Source: Rhodosorus marinus CCMP1338 (taxonomy: Eukaryota > Plantae > Rhodophyta). Taken from it: a DNA stretch of 64,000 nt. Made by a program: the position numbers and the translations under genes. Every line of letters begins with the position of its first letter. Positions within the stretch are counted from its first letter, which is position 1. Below, one piece after another: positions 49,424-62,642 of this stretch. The notes beneath the pieces are model-generated. The model was given only the letters and a program-made list of their open reading frames with translations, was not told the origin of the DNA and did no database searches. Location: positions 1,240,001 through 1,304,000 of the forward strand of contig JAMWBK010000002.1 of the NCBI GenBank assembly GCA_029953675.1, given 5' to 3'.

Positions 49424-52272
49424 GCTGTACCCACTCCACCCACCCCCCCTCGTCAAGACCTTTCAACAGCTCGTTTTCTTCTCGACACCACCCGCACAAT
49501 CCCTACATTCTCACCCGCCAAACGCACACCCACCCCCGACCCTCTACAGCCCAAACGCTATACGACCTCCACTCTCTTGTCACTCACATATACTCCCACT
49601 CCCCCTCCCCAACCACCCTCCCTTCCCCATCCAACCATCGAACTTCTGCGTGAAGCTTTTCTCTGATCAACAGCCTTATCAATGGTATATTGTGATACGC
49701 ACTAAAATGCGGCCCCCTTCTATTTCCCACATTTCCCATCCACTTCACAACTACCTCACAAAAAAATCCCTAGTTGCCAAATACATTCTATCCCCCTCTT
49801 ATCAAAACCTAAAATCTCTTCGTTTCCAGGAATAGATTCCACCCCATTTAACCATATAAACAATATACATACTATTATTTCTATATAAGAAATATAATAC
49901 ATAATTTTAATATCCAATAAATGGTTAAGTAGGGTTCACCTATTTACCGTTGGAAACTACAACCACAGCATTACTATTTCAAGGGTTGACCCCCCTTTTA
50001 GTATTGCACACAACCCCCTCACCATGTTGCCCAATAGTCAACAAGCCTCTAAAAAATCCCTTAGCTCTCGCTTCTTATGTTTTTTCTTTTAAAAATCAAA
50101 AACTTATATGTTTCGAATGTATCCGAATGGACTGAAATTTCAGCCCAGTGAAGATTCTTTCTTTTCAAAAAGTTTGCATTTTTTTTATTGGCACACCGGG
50201 ATCAGGAGTGGTGGGAGGGTGGATGAAGAAAGAAGGGGGCGGGGGGGGAAGGGAATGAGGTTGAACAATTCAGGTGCGGATACAAAAAAAGGCTCTGATG
50301 GGGCGTCACAGTACGGATTGACAGAATTTGACAGGGGAGGTGGTCTTCAACTAAAGCGCACAGCTTCCTCACACCCCATCTCGTTCTTTCCGCAACGGTT
50401 TTTGCTCTTATCTAAAAATATTCCTCTCTGGTGCAATCAAGTCTCCCTAGAAAGCAATCTATTGGAGGATCGAGGATTGAAGTAAAATAATAATTAAAAT
50501 AAATAATTCACGGGAGAGTATTGGAGATGAGGGAGTTGCAAGGAAGCTTGAGGACTTCACCTCTGACGCAGGTCGCGAGAATAAGATAGCGTATTGAATC
50601 CTGGAAAGTCTGTATTTTGAAATAAAATGCCGTCATTCCAAGAGACTTGAAAGTCTTTGCGTCAGGTTTTTATGAGATGAGTTTGTGGCATAGCGGGATA
50701 ACCCCATCCAGGACTGGTGGTGGAGATCTCAAACGAAAAAGTTATCTGGAGGGTATCATCCCTGTAAACATTGTCTCATATGTTGTTTAACTGTAAAAAC
50801 GAAGAAAAAGCTACGATACTGATCAAATAGGGAAAAAGATAACTTTTTGCTGGGGGGAATATTTATGGAAATAATCTTGTTCGGTTCGTTTGTACATCCC
50901 CCCATATTCATTTCTTGCTGTTGATAGCCTTACACTTCTATCTTACCCATCCCCCCCCATGCAAAGAGCAGAGCTTGGCGTGAAAGCTAATCCATGAAAT
51001 CAATTTTGTGTGAGACTTTTTTCGTGAACGATTACCGGCCTTCTATTTGAAATTCCGCTGAAGAGCATATCATAATATGGGGCTAGCTCCACAGAAAAAC
51101 TTCAACGTTTATTCGCAAAACTCAAATTGAGCGTATCTGCTGACGGACATGCATCATGGATTACAGCCATGAGATATCGCGGTATACGAATGGCATGCTT
51201 TGAGAATTACCCAATGATATTCACCCACAACCTTGATCAGAGATATTCTATTCAATTAGCGTATACCAAGTGTCCCCTTCGACTGATCTATATGTAGGAC
51301 TCTGGTGGAAACTTACCAATCTACAATTTAAGTTTTGTTTTTCTGGATGTTATCTACTTGGCCTCCATTGGTAGAATATATTCGAATACAGCTATAATTT
51401 TAGATATATTTGATATCATTGGTAGAAATGTACCTGATGCGTTAAATATTATTTCCTCAGGAAGAGTACTTTTCAGGCCCATGTCCAATTAGCGCCTTTT
51501 TTATGAAAGAGATTAATCCGTCGGTTATTAATAGGAGTTGACTTACCCGCCACGCGTCCTAAGTATCCAATTAATCTCTTCTAAAAACCTCTTCTCCAAC
51601 CAAATTCTCTTCAGTATTTTCGTCGTGTTTTCATCAGAATTAAGATCACCTTTCACAAGAGAAAGTTGTTGGCTTTTCGGCATTTCAAAAAAATTACAAA
51701 TTCCGTTAAGCAGATCGGACCGCACCCTGCTTAAAGAATGTTGTGGAGTATTGAATGGAAGCTGAGAAACTGATGTATTCTAAGCGGACCGCTCAAGGAT
51801 CTATTTTGGGAATCATGCGTGCTAATGCGAATGATTTTGAAAAACCGCATTGTCGGCTGAACCGTTATACAACGGTACACTTGAAGATGACGGCGGGAAA
51901 GTGCCAGCAATTTGCTTGTAGCCAATATGGCATCCCCTGGATACTGCAGCAGAAATTGCGACATTTTCACAATTCGTTTTTCAAGAATTCTTGAGCATTT
52001 CTTTATGGGGACAGTACGGCCCATGATGACTCTCTTGCGCGTGAACCATCAGGGAGAGATGGGAGGATGGTGTCAGTGATAGATCAGTGGTGCACACTGA
52101 TCAGAATCACTTCATGATGACCGTCCCTATGATCAAATGAGGACATCAATGGAATATGGGTTTGTGCTTGTGCTCTCAATGACACCATAGCTAAGAAAGG
52201 CTTGCAGAGGAGTATGTATGTTTTTGACATGTTGACCATCCATACTCATTGTTGCTGCCATCCGGTACAAAT

Positions 52273-52329
52273 CGACTAAGAGACGGTATAGTGTCGTGAC
52301 TTGCAGGACACCCGACCGTCTCTTAGTCG
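52273..52329. repeat. Hairpin with a 15-bp perfect stem plus a 5-bp inner stem
   Basis: CGACTAAGAGACGGT (52273-52287) pairs with ACCGTCTCTTAGTCG (52315-52329); the inner stem is GTGTC/GACAC. Confidence 0.8.
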
Positions 52330-54037
52330 TGCGACTGCGTATTCCACGCTACTGGGGAAACTGCTATCGTGGGAAGCGTGTAATACTTTGTGAATACAAA
52401 CAGTTTACATTCATCATCGTTGACCCAGAGAAAACGGCCCTGAGAGGGAGAGGGCTTGGTTAAACCGAGAGAACGGGCCTCGAAATTAAGGTCGCACTAG
52501 AATGCAACAGCATAAAACTCATCGAAGAGAGGAAACGCGAGTGAGTCTCATCTCGATCGCGAAAATGGTCCCGAAGCCATGTCCGCCCTAAACTCCAATT
52601 GAATCCAAAGCCTCGATAGCAAGCGGAACGAAACGGTGTGACACACGCGATTGCAGGGTGAGTACGTTCGGTGGTGGCTCCTGGTACACCTTTAACGTAT
52701 AAACGAGCCATGAACATATACTTCCAAGGGCATGTACCACGAGTACATGCTCGAGTTCATTCCCCGGACATGCACTGCCAGTCGTTTCGATTTCTCGCAG
52801 CTGTAGGATCAGAGGGTCTAAAAACTGTACCTTTGCTCACGTACTTTGTTCGTTTCACAGTCAATTTCGTGAAAAGGATATGAGGAAGGATCACGAAACT
52901 CGATCGGGGGTGATTCGAACACCACAGCCAGCTCACGTCCAAGCTGACGGCAGACTAGAATTTTGAAATTAACTTTTGCGGAGCGCGATCCATAGAAGGG
53001 CTACCTGCCATGCTTCGTCCGCTGAGCTAGTTGTACTTTGACCATCGAATCCGCCGTCCCTCCAAACCAACACAACAACACCTCCAGCGAAGCCAAGCTT
53101 CCTGGACCCGAAGCATATCTAACCCGTCAAAAAGTGAAAAATGAGGGGTAAACGCAAAAAATGCTTTAAATGTTACTTTCCCGGACCCGTCTGTGCTTCT
53201 CCCTTTTGCTCACACTCTTAGTTTTCCCTACCTTTCACTCTAAACGCTCACCAGATGGAGGTCTGGTAAATGCGGGGGTGCGAAGGACCGACGCGTCGAT
53301 CACAGACTTCATCCTTCCCCCCCACATCCAGGCTCACCCTGCTAGGTCAAATTCGTCAGGGGGTAGCCAGCTGGGAGTATTGTGGGATGCCCTCCCTCAC
53401 GACGGGCGCCCAGCTGCTATGGTCATCGCTGATTCCCAAGCAGTTGGGCTTCTAATAGCGTTGAGGAGTACTACAGGTGAGGCGACAAACATCGCAATTT
53501 GCCACGGGCTATCTTACGTCCACGGCGGCGCGGGTCGGCCACCATCTGGCCACCCCCCGTGGTGAACACACCAGTTCATTAGTGGTAACTCTGGGGTTAC
53601 ACCAAAACCACTTCATCGGTTGAAGAGCGGTGAAAAGCTAATTAACGTTGTACTCACCCATTTACAACACCGCGGGCTGAATGCCACGATCGATAAGAGC
53701 GCGTGTTCACAGTGAGGTTCTAGCTGTTCTTGCTTTTTTCAGGGCAGAGCCAATTCTCACATAAATGAAAGCAGTCACCCGCTTCACTTTCAGAGTAGCT
53801 CAAAACAGGACTGTCAACGCCTGCGTGGTCGGCTTTGCATTAGTAACATGTACAAATGTACATTGCTTGGTACTAGGAGATCTTATCTGTCGAGGCTTCG
53901 TAGAAATGAAAGGTGAAAAACCGGTTTTTTGGCGATGGGTCCGACAAGTGTCGGCTTCTTTGGAAGAGGATTTGGTGCAGGTCAAGGAGCACGCAGCTGG
54001 TATGTAAACAATATTGGGCGAGTTCTTGAATAAGACA

Positions 54038-56127
54038 ATGCTTCAGGAGGTCATATATAGCCTTGCGGGATTTCCTGGAGATGTTGTGTTCGAGGATCCA
54101 GCGCCGTCTGCCGGCGAACCCGCTGGATTGAAGCTTGCCGATGGCATTCCAATCCTGGAGAAGAGCGAGCGTGCGAGTATTACTCGCGTACTGAAGATTG
54201 GATCTGCTGCTAGGGATATACAGTACCTTAGAGATGTTGGATGTGACTCGCTCTACCTCAGCAGCGTCTTCGAGAGTGCTGGGGCGATCATCGAGAAGTT
54301 TCAGGATGATCTGCTGGATATGGAGAGGAGGGCGGGGCTGGAATTGGTATGCAGGCGTTTGCTTTTTTTTTATTCATGTCTTCAAAAAAATGGCCGCAGC
54401 TTACTTAAGCAGATCCCTCTACTCTCCGCAGCTAACTGGGGCAACTAGCTTGGAGCTCGCGCTCCGATCTTGGGAGACTGTTCTCCCGGAAGCGTCCGAT
54501 TGCATTCGTGGGGCTTTCGAACAGAAGCTTTCAGGACCAGATGTTCTCAAATACATACAAGCACGAAGCTCTCGTAGCCTTTCGAATCCTTCAGTGAGTA
54601 CAAAACTTCAAAGGAACCTACAAAGGAGAGGATAGAGCAAGCTTCTGACCGAACTCTTGGCGAAAATGGAACTGGCAACTAGATTCTGAAGATGTACAGT
54701 TTGCTCATAAATGGCTGTGAGGCGACAACGCGCGTGCAGCTGTTGAGCTGGCTCCTGTATGGCCATATTATCGATCCAAATGACGAGTTCTTCATTGAAG
54801 TCAGCGATGACGGAAAAGTCCAACAAGTCCGTGAAGAGAGACTTCCGGTTTGGATGGAGTCGAAGAACGCTCACGATTTGCTGTACGCTGGACAGGCTCT
54901 GGCGGAGATGCGACAGCGCAGGCACGAGATTAAGATAGACTTCGGACAGCATGTCGACGAGGTTGTTGCCGCCGGGTCTGAATTCGCGATGGGCATTGCT
55001 GTGTCAAGGCTCAAGAACAAGGTATCCAAGGAGGTCGGTACCCTCGTACCGCCTGGTTCAATTAAAGAGCTTCTGTCCTCCATACGCGACTACCCTCTTC
55101 TGGGTCGAGGGCTAATGTGGGACCTATTCATCGAGGAAGTGGACAAGTCCTTTAATATTGAAGCGGGAGTCAGGGTGGCGGAGGAACTCGTCGAGAACGT
55201 GACCTTTTCCTCGTTCAACGGTGTCACCAGCCCCTGCCTGAGCCCCCCGTGGCCGTTGTCCGAGGTAGTCACAAGTGAGCAGGAGCAGCTTTACGCGGAC
55301 GTCTTCACGATGCTGTTATCTGTCCGCAAAGCGGGAAAGCACGTGAACAGCGCTTGGTTAGCTATCCATAGACATGGTCTTCTGTCAAGTCGTCAAAGGT
55401 AGGGAAGCAGCAAGTGTTCTCGCGCTACGACGCAGTCTCTCCTGTTTGCGCTGACGATCTTGGCTCGGTTCTGGTGTGAAACCCGTAGGCTTCAGGACAA
55501 GACGGAGCGTAGGCTGCAATTGTTGTTTCAGGCGTTGCGAGCCCGGATGGGAATTCTATTACAGAACTTGATTTTCTACTTTCAGAGTGATGTAGTGGAT
55601 TCGTATATGAGCGGCTTAAGTTCGCAGCTGGAGGAGTCTTCCGACGGTTTTCCAATGGCAGTGAAGTTGCACAAGAAGGCTATAAGCGGAATATACACCG
55701 AGGTACGTACTACTATTTGTGCCATGTGTGGGTTCAGCTTTCTTCAGCTGCTAGGGTGCAAAAGCTTGTCACCCTGACTGAAATCGTTGCTTTCCCTCGC
55801 ACCGCGTTGTTTCTATAGTGCTTTGTGGGGTCGAGAGTGATCAGCTCCTGCCTAGTCCAAATCCTTGAGCAAGCAGAAAGGTTCACCTCCCTTGTTTCCC
55901 AACGGGAAAGGTCATGGAAGTGTGATGAAGAACCAGACCTTGGGAGCATGCTTGATGGCTTGGAGAAGCTCGAAAGAGACTTCAACCGGAGTTCGGGACT
56001 ACTATTTGAACTTTTATCCAGCGTCAAATCTGTACAAGGGTCTTCTAATCTTGCCCGATTGATACTGAGACTGGACTGGAATGGAACGTACAGCAAACGA
56101 ACTTTGTATTCTAAAAACTGGCTGTAG
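54038..56127 (+). CDS. TUBGCP4: Gamma-tubulin complex component 4 (multi-exon)
   Basis: MLQEVIYSLAGFPGDV..LEKSERASITRVLKIG; QLLSWLLYGHIIDPNDEFFI; LLSSIRDYPLLGRG; PPWPLSEVV..YADVFTMLL; NLIFYFQSDVVDS; LILRLDWNGTYS. Confidence 0.88.
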
Positions 56128-56344
56128 TGGCTCAGATGGAAGAGGGTTGTGGAGGCCACAAACATCGTCCCACAGAAACAAGGACTTCTGTGTAACAGCC
56201 CAAATGAACCTCACGGTTCAGATGCTTTGATCTATTCAATGCAAGACTCCTATCCATAACCAAATTCGAACTGTTTAAATACACACAATTAATATCACTC
56301 TGAACAAAGCAAAGCAAACACGCAAATCGAGTCCAGACGCTTAA

Positions 56345-57559
56345 CTAGTCGCTTACTGAGAAGCACCGAACAACGTCACGAACTGGAGCTCGGCAAATGG
56401 GACATTTCTGCCCGTTCGCAAGCAGTCCTCTACCACACGCCGAACAGGTGCACATATGCCCACAGCTGTAAAGTAGACTATCAATTGAGCTTTCCAAGCA
56501 TACAGTACAACGCCCACTTTTGAGGGCTTTTCTCGATGGCCCGGCTACCAAGCCCGGGCTGTGGTCCTTTCCGATGCCAGAGTGTATTGCACTGGCAACC
56601 TCCTGTCGAATTGCACGCTGAATGTCCAACTGAATGTCAAACCCTGCCGCAACCGCATTCCTGAGCTGTGCCACCTCTTCCTCCAGCTTTCTCAGCTGAG
56701 AAACGAGTCTTCGATCCCAGAACTCGTTCCCTCTTGACGGAACTGACCAGGCGTTCTCTCGTTGCTGTTCTTCCCTTTCAAACAGCTCAATTTCTTCCTG
56801 CATTGTTCTCTGTCCAACGGCGACCTCTTCCTCCGTCGCATTTCTTGCCTCCACTTGACGAGGACGGTACACGTTCTGCAGGCTTTCTCTGTTCAACGTG
56901 ATGTGCTCGAGTTGATGCCGGAACTCCGACTCAAGCGCACCTGTTACGAAACGAGCCTCTGCCAACTCACTCCCCCATGAAGCACTTCGCACCATTGAGG
57001 GAGCGTCTGCCTGGGGCTCCGTGAAGAACCGAAGAAGCCTCTGTGTCCCACAAATCGAAACAACAAATCCAGACAGCTTCATGAGCTTCAAGTTCCCGAA
57101 ATAAACTCATCTCGCTATTCAAGGCGGTGCCCGGTTCTCTTTTCTCACCTGAACTTGATGTCTCTGGGCCAAAGCGCGAACTTCCTCCATAACAACGGAC
57201 GGGGACTCCCTGTATCTTCGCATTTCTGGTTCCATATTCTCTTGATACTCATACAAGGGCTCCTCCGCTTCACGCAGTTCAAGCTCATCCTCGTCAAGCA
57301 AGCTCTCCACTGCATCTGATACAATACGCTGCAAGTCCCTGAGGAAATCTCTCTCCACTTGCCGAACTCGTGCCTGAAATCAAAAAAGAAAGCAGGTCGT
57401 GAGCCAACAGACACCATCATACTTCGCAAGCTATGAAGCTTCTTTCAACCCCACCTGCTCCCTCAATGTCCATAGCTCTCGCACTTGCTTTATATGCGCC
57501 CTCCTCGCGAACGAAATCTCTCCCTCTGGAGAGACGCTATTAATAATCGACGCACTCAT
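56345..57559 (-). CDS. RING-finger (C3HC4_3, Neuralized/EDA18-like) E3 ubiquitin ligase, 3 exons
   Basis: Coiled coil QLDIQRAIRQEVASA, followed by CTVCLESSIDSLLYSCGHMCTCSACGRGLLANGQKCPICRAPVRDVVR. Confidence 0.88.
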
Positions 57560-59125
57560 TCTCCGGTCACCACTCCCTTCTACTTCACCACCCACAAAAG
57601 CATCAGCCTAACCGTTCCTGCAAAGTATACAAACAGCCAAACCAAATATATCTATATCTAAATATATATGTCCTGAACCAATTTCACTTGAAGATCAAGA
57701 ACTTAAACAAAATCCTCTTATCACCACTTTTACTCCTGGCCTCTCCTTCAGTTCCATTAGTCTTTTACCAAACATCTTCTCCAGCATATCCCCCCATACA
57801 TCCCAAACCTACTTTTGCAAAAGTTGGAAAAGGCGCTTTCATCTTCCGCCCGTTCCCACTCTCAAACATCCACCGAAAAGGCCATGCGAAAACTAACAAA
57901 AACCACGTTTTCATGGACGAAAAACACTCTGGTGGCTGTGTGTCTATTTTTTTGCAAAATCTTTAAAGCATTCCTCACGTCCCGACCTTTAATGACAAGT
58001 AAAACGCCATGACAGAAAATGGGATAATGTGAGATTTACAATTACCAATATCCCCTCAGATATGAGGATGGAATATTTTTCCCGAATCGGTTGCCCGTTG
58101 AGTTGAAAGTTCCTCGTCCACGGTAATTTTTCACATAAAGCAGTTTTTAGCTTCTTGGCGGCTGTTACCTAGGGAGTTGAAAGTTTTCTTGGAATGTTGT
58201 TCACTGGCTTTACTTTGGGGGGGTGGGTGGCTATCATAATTTCTCATCTGCTTGAAGCTCAAGCCGATTCAGATTTATCCTCTACGAAATATTCAGAAAA
58301 ACATTCTCCCTTGGATATAGATGTTTTAGTCCGGAATAAACACTGCTCGGTGTACATTAAATGGGATTTTAGAACGCAAACATTAAAGGGGAAAGGGAAA
58401 ATTAGTCGGATGTGAAAATTACGTCATTTCGGCCTGGGATACTTCACCACCATCCAAAAGAGTTCAGGGGTTTCTAACCGCCAAAGCCTACTCAGCACAT
58501 TAGCGCAATAATCATTTTTACATAGAAAAGTGGACGATATACGGCTGAGGTAAATTTCTTAATTGTCTTTATGGGGGTAAACCTTGTTGGTGAGAGGTAG
58601 GGTTGCTGGGAGACCCTCAAAATGTGCGTTTCCTGACTTGATGTTTGTCACGAGTCAGGGGGGGTCGATTGTACTAAAAGCTTCCTATATTCTCTATTTA
58701 TGCTCCTTTTTTCTATTTTGGTTGAATTCATAAGAATTGTTGGTATTTTACGCAATACAGCTGTAAAATATGTTACTCGTCGATAAGTCTCACCTAAACT
58801 TACGAAACCAAATGATCACAAATCGTCGTGCTGATTGGACAGTTGGTTTTGCATATGAAAAGGGCTTGATATTGAGCCTCCAGTACCCCTTGATCAATCT
58901 TCAAGTTGTGTAGAAGGCTATCATCACTTTTGCTTATTGAGAAGCGTATTTGCGTCTCTCAGTTTCAGCTCTTGGACCACTTCCTTATAGAAGAACGGGC
59001 TCACCTCCCACAGATGAAGTGTTTGGAGGTCGTCCTTCTCAGCGTTCCTCTAACTGTTATGACAGAGACCGCGTGTGGAAAGCGCAACGTTGCTGAGGGT
59101 TCAAGTTGACTCACGAAATCGAGTT

Positions 59126-59170
59126 AGTATTGTAAAAGCTGGCTGAAACTCAGCCAGCTTTTACAATACT
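59126..59170. repeat. 21-bp perfect inverted repeat with a 3-nt loop
   Basis: AGTATTGTAAAAGCTGGCTGA-aac-TCAGCCAGCTTTTACAATACT. Confidence 0.9.
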
Positions 59171-59442
59171 GAATAATTACCCCATTCAGCATCTCCAAGG
59201 AGATCTGTTAATTGTACAGCTGAGAAAGATTGCACCGAGGCCGTTAATGAAACCCCCACGTGTGTGTGTGTTTGGTTAAAAAAAAAAATTCCGTCTTGAT
59301 TTCAGGCTTCTTTTTTGCTTATCATTTCGCCATGTGCCGCGCGTCAATCCTGAAAATGACATGGTCCAAAATTTGGTTTACTTGTTGTTCACAAAATTGT
59401 ACTCCCCCCAAATTTCCCCCAGAACCGGTACCCCCTCTTTTT

Positions 59443-59666
59443 TGATCGCTAACGTACCTGAGTACCTACAATTCATGAAGTACTCTATCGGGTAGTCCAC
59501 CGTCGTACGACGAGGACGAGCGATCCAGTTCAATCACTATACAATCGTCTACGCTACTACGTACCGGTTATCTACTAACTACCTACGATACTGCTCTACT
59601 ACCGCAATACCCCCCCAAGGGATGATCCCGAAGGGCCTTCACGGCCAACGCTCCCCCTCGAGATCA
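59443..59666 (-). repeat. Putative 3' LTR and polypurine tract of the Copia element
   Basis: The RNase H ORF runs into GAGGGGGAG (59659-59651, a typical Copia PPT) followed by CGTTGG, probably a mutated TGTTGG. An alternative PPT, GGGGGATAGGGAG, is followed by TGATC (59666) ... GATCA (59443). The boundary is ambiguous because the 5' LTR lies outside the window. Confidence 0.45.
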
Positions 59667-60402
59667 CTCCCTATCCCCCATTTAATTTCGGACACCCCTA
59701 GCTTCGGGCGGAGCGATTCGAAACGAACTCGCTCCAGAGGTTTTGTAAAAATGTCGGCTACCGTTCCCGGCGTACCGAGGTAATGCAACTTAACCTCTCC
59801 GCGGACGCACATCGTTCCTTCGAATAGTGTAGCTTCACAGATACACGTCTCGACATCTCGTTGCTTGTACCTTCTGCCCAAGATATGCAGGAGTTGTTGT
59901 CCGAATAGGCTAACATGGGTTTCTCGACGTTTCTGCCCAACTCTGCCAGAAGTTCTTGCAACCACCGTTGCATCGACATCATGTCCCCCAGAGCCTGATA
60001 CTCTGCCTCTGTGGTTGATTGGGCAACCGAACGTTGCCGCCATGACCTGTAGCTCACCGCAGAACCATTCAGAGTTACCAGTATCCCAGTGGTGCTCCGT
60101 TTGCTCTCCTGATCAGCCGCCTCAACCCAAATCGATACCCGATTATCTGGTACATGCGATCAGATTCTGATATGTTACCAGATTCCGAAATATCCCCGGA
60201 CATTAGGAGTGGTTAAGTGGTTAGGTGTCCGCAGGTAACGGACGACTCTTTCCGCCTGTTCGTAATCACCTGCCCTGTAACTACTCATCTTACTCGCCAG
60301 CTGTCCCACAGGCAATGTCCGGGAGGGTTCTCGTGCTAATGTAGGGCAGATAACCCACGAGCGCTGGTAAGGTAAATCCGTCATCAGGTTCCCTGTAACC
60401 GT

Positions 60403-62642
60403 AAGCTTTACTGGGCAGCTGCCTACTGCAGCGTAACACTACTTCTATCGCTATCTAGGGGAATGCTTGCTCCAACCCCGCTACCGGGGTCTCATGCTAC
60501 GTTCTAAAGAAAAAACAGGCACCAGTGGATTCTCCAACTGGTCTACGCGCAAAGCGCCTAGCGCTATCTCCGCATTACCTCGCCAAAGTTGCCGGTTTAT
60601 CTGCGACCTGATATCGCTCAGTTCTAGGCTCCGGTGCAACAAATGTTTGCAGCTGTCCCGCAGAAACTCCTGTGCCATCGGTCCAGTCCGCCCAAATGTT
60701 TCTATTGCAATTGGGATGAACTTGTCATCCGGGTGTTCTATCGTCATCGCCTCCTTGTAGTGCGCTTTCTTCTACCTCTCTGCACATCTTGCTGCATATC
60801 CACTCTCCTCCTGACTACGCCTCAGATACTTCCCTTGCAAAGTAGGCACAACCGTCACGTCCAGCGCATACCGTTGAAATGTCCTCGGATGCGTAGCAAT
60901 GATGTCTGGTCGTAGCCCGTAATTTTCAAAGTACTTCTCTGGCTCCTGCTCGATGTCCACAAAGTTCCACCGGTTCAGCCACCTTGCGATCTCCGTGCAT
61001 ATCTCGTCATGCCTACGTTGCCACAGCCCAGTCGACGTGGGGCAATGATGAAAGCGTTGTACTCCATTTGCTCCGTATTTACCACGGCATCGAGTGTATT
61101 TTTCCGTAGTTCGCAGCCCTGGAATCGGTAGCCCCAGTAGTTGTCGGATACCTGCATTTCGATCGAGCTCAGCTTTTTCGGCTCCAACGTCGGCAGTTCG
61201 CGCGGCCAGACTCCCGATCCAGAGCCCGCCGCCGACCTGATTCGAGCGCGATGTTCGCCAGAGATGCGCGGATTGTTAACCAGGCGTTGGAATGCTGAAT
61301 GGTGTGCCTCCCGAGAGAGAGTTTGTTGTGTAGAACCATTATTCCAATCGCCACAGTCTTCTGGAGCGTCTGCTGGGGGGTTTTCCCTTGTCTGCTGCAC
61401 GGTGGCCAGTCTTCTGATCCGCGGCGGAGTTTCGGGCCGCAGCCTGCCTTGTATCGCTCGAGCCGATGATTGTATCTGCTCTGCAAGGTGTTCTGTGGAC
61501 CATTGTAGTCGTGTCGCGGTGTTCGTAGCCGGATTTCTGTCTGTACAAACCTGCCTCTGCAGCTCAGCAATGTAAGGCCAGTCGCCTGTATTGCTTCGAA
61601 AGGTATTTGTCCAAGCCGAGTAGTAAGCAATAGGCTGGATACGCCGTCGAGTAGCGAACCCCAATCCCCCCCACCGGCAAGGCAGCGCAGTCTGTTCCCA
61701 GATGTGCCCCAGGAGCTCCTCGTCCTCCATGCCAGAGGTAGCGAGGCCTCCGAGCAAGGTTTCCCGATTATATCTCATCATGGTGTCCGCCTCCCGTGCC
61801 AGACTGCGGCCGAACGGGTAGGCTAGGCATCGTAGCAGGTAATCTAGCCGCGTTTCCGCGCAGCACCTGAACAATGCGACCTGCGTTAAGTTCATGTTGC
61901 GGTAGCTGTGCTATTTCCTTGATGAGCTTTTCGTGCTTATTTTGAAGCGCACGGCACTCGTGCTCGATATATTCCCGGTTTCCTATCGGGATCGAATGGA
62001 TAGTCACGCCTTCTGGGGTGACATGTATGCCAGGTATCTCGCGATTGATGACTCGCGCCGTCGTCAAGGCTCGACCGTAGAGCGTGCATTTGTTGAGTTG
62101 TAGGCGGGCCCCTAGAGATGGGAGCATAGTTCGGCTCCAGGCTAGTGCTTGCTTCAGTTCCTGCAGCGGTCCCACGATCGTAATACCGTCATGGATAGCG
62201 ACAATCGTTAGATCCGAGAACTTTGTTCGTAGAGCTTTTAGGAACGGTGCAAGTGCTAGTGCATGTAGCACTGGCCCAAGAGGGTCTCCCTGTTGTACTC
62301 CCGTAGCTGCTTGGAGTGTCAGTCGTGAGTGTTCCGTTTGATTCTCTCCAGGTGTAGAGCGCCAGCCGCAAAGCGTCGGCGAGTCCACTGCGTCGCTTCC
62401 ATACCCAAGTCTGTAAACCGCCGCAAGCTCCGGAAAGTGCTGGTCCACGAGTTTCTTGGCGAGGCGTCGATCAATCCTGTTGAATGCATTCTCGAGGTCA
62501 AGCCTAAGCACCACCGCGTCTGGTTCACATGACAGATGGGCCTGGATCTCGTGAAGTGAGCGCACGCTCCTGGTGCCTTTACAACTAGGGATCGGAGTCA
62601 GTGGCGGATGCGAACGCTCACTTCACGCGATCCAGGCCCACC
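60403..62642 (-). mobile_element. 5'-truncated CRE-clade non-LTR retrotransposon (RT plus restriction-like endonuclease) nested in the Copia RT
   Basis: RT: LDLENAFN, GVQQGDPLGP, IHDG (decayed xxDD), LQLNKC, ALPCRWGGLG. Degenerate CCHC (YTRC..FHHC). RLE: RRHDEI, LRPDI, ALDVTV, FIPIAIETFGR. Candidate 7-bp TSD TAACCGT (60396-60402) / TAACGGT (62643-62649). Confidence 0.88.

Noticed and set aside
53170-53715. QLGV and VLTHLQHRGLNATIDKS fragments resembling a decayed RT
   Set aside because: The matches are too short, are in different frames, and lack QGxPL/xxDD motifs.
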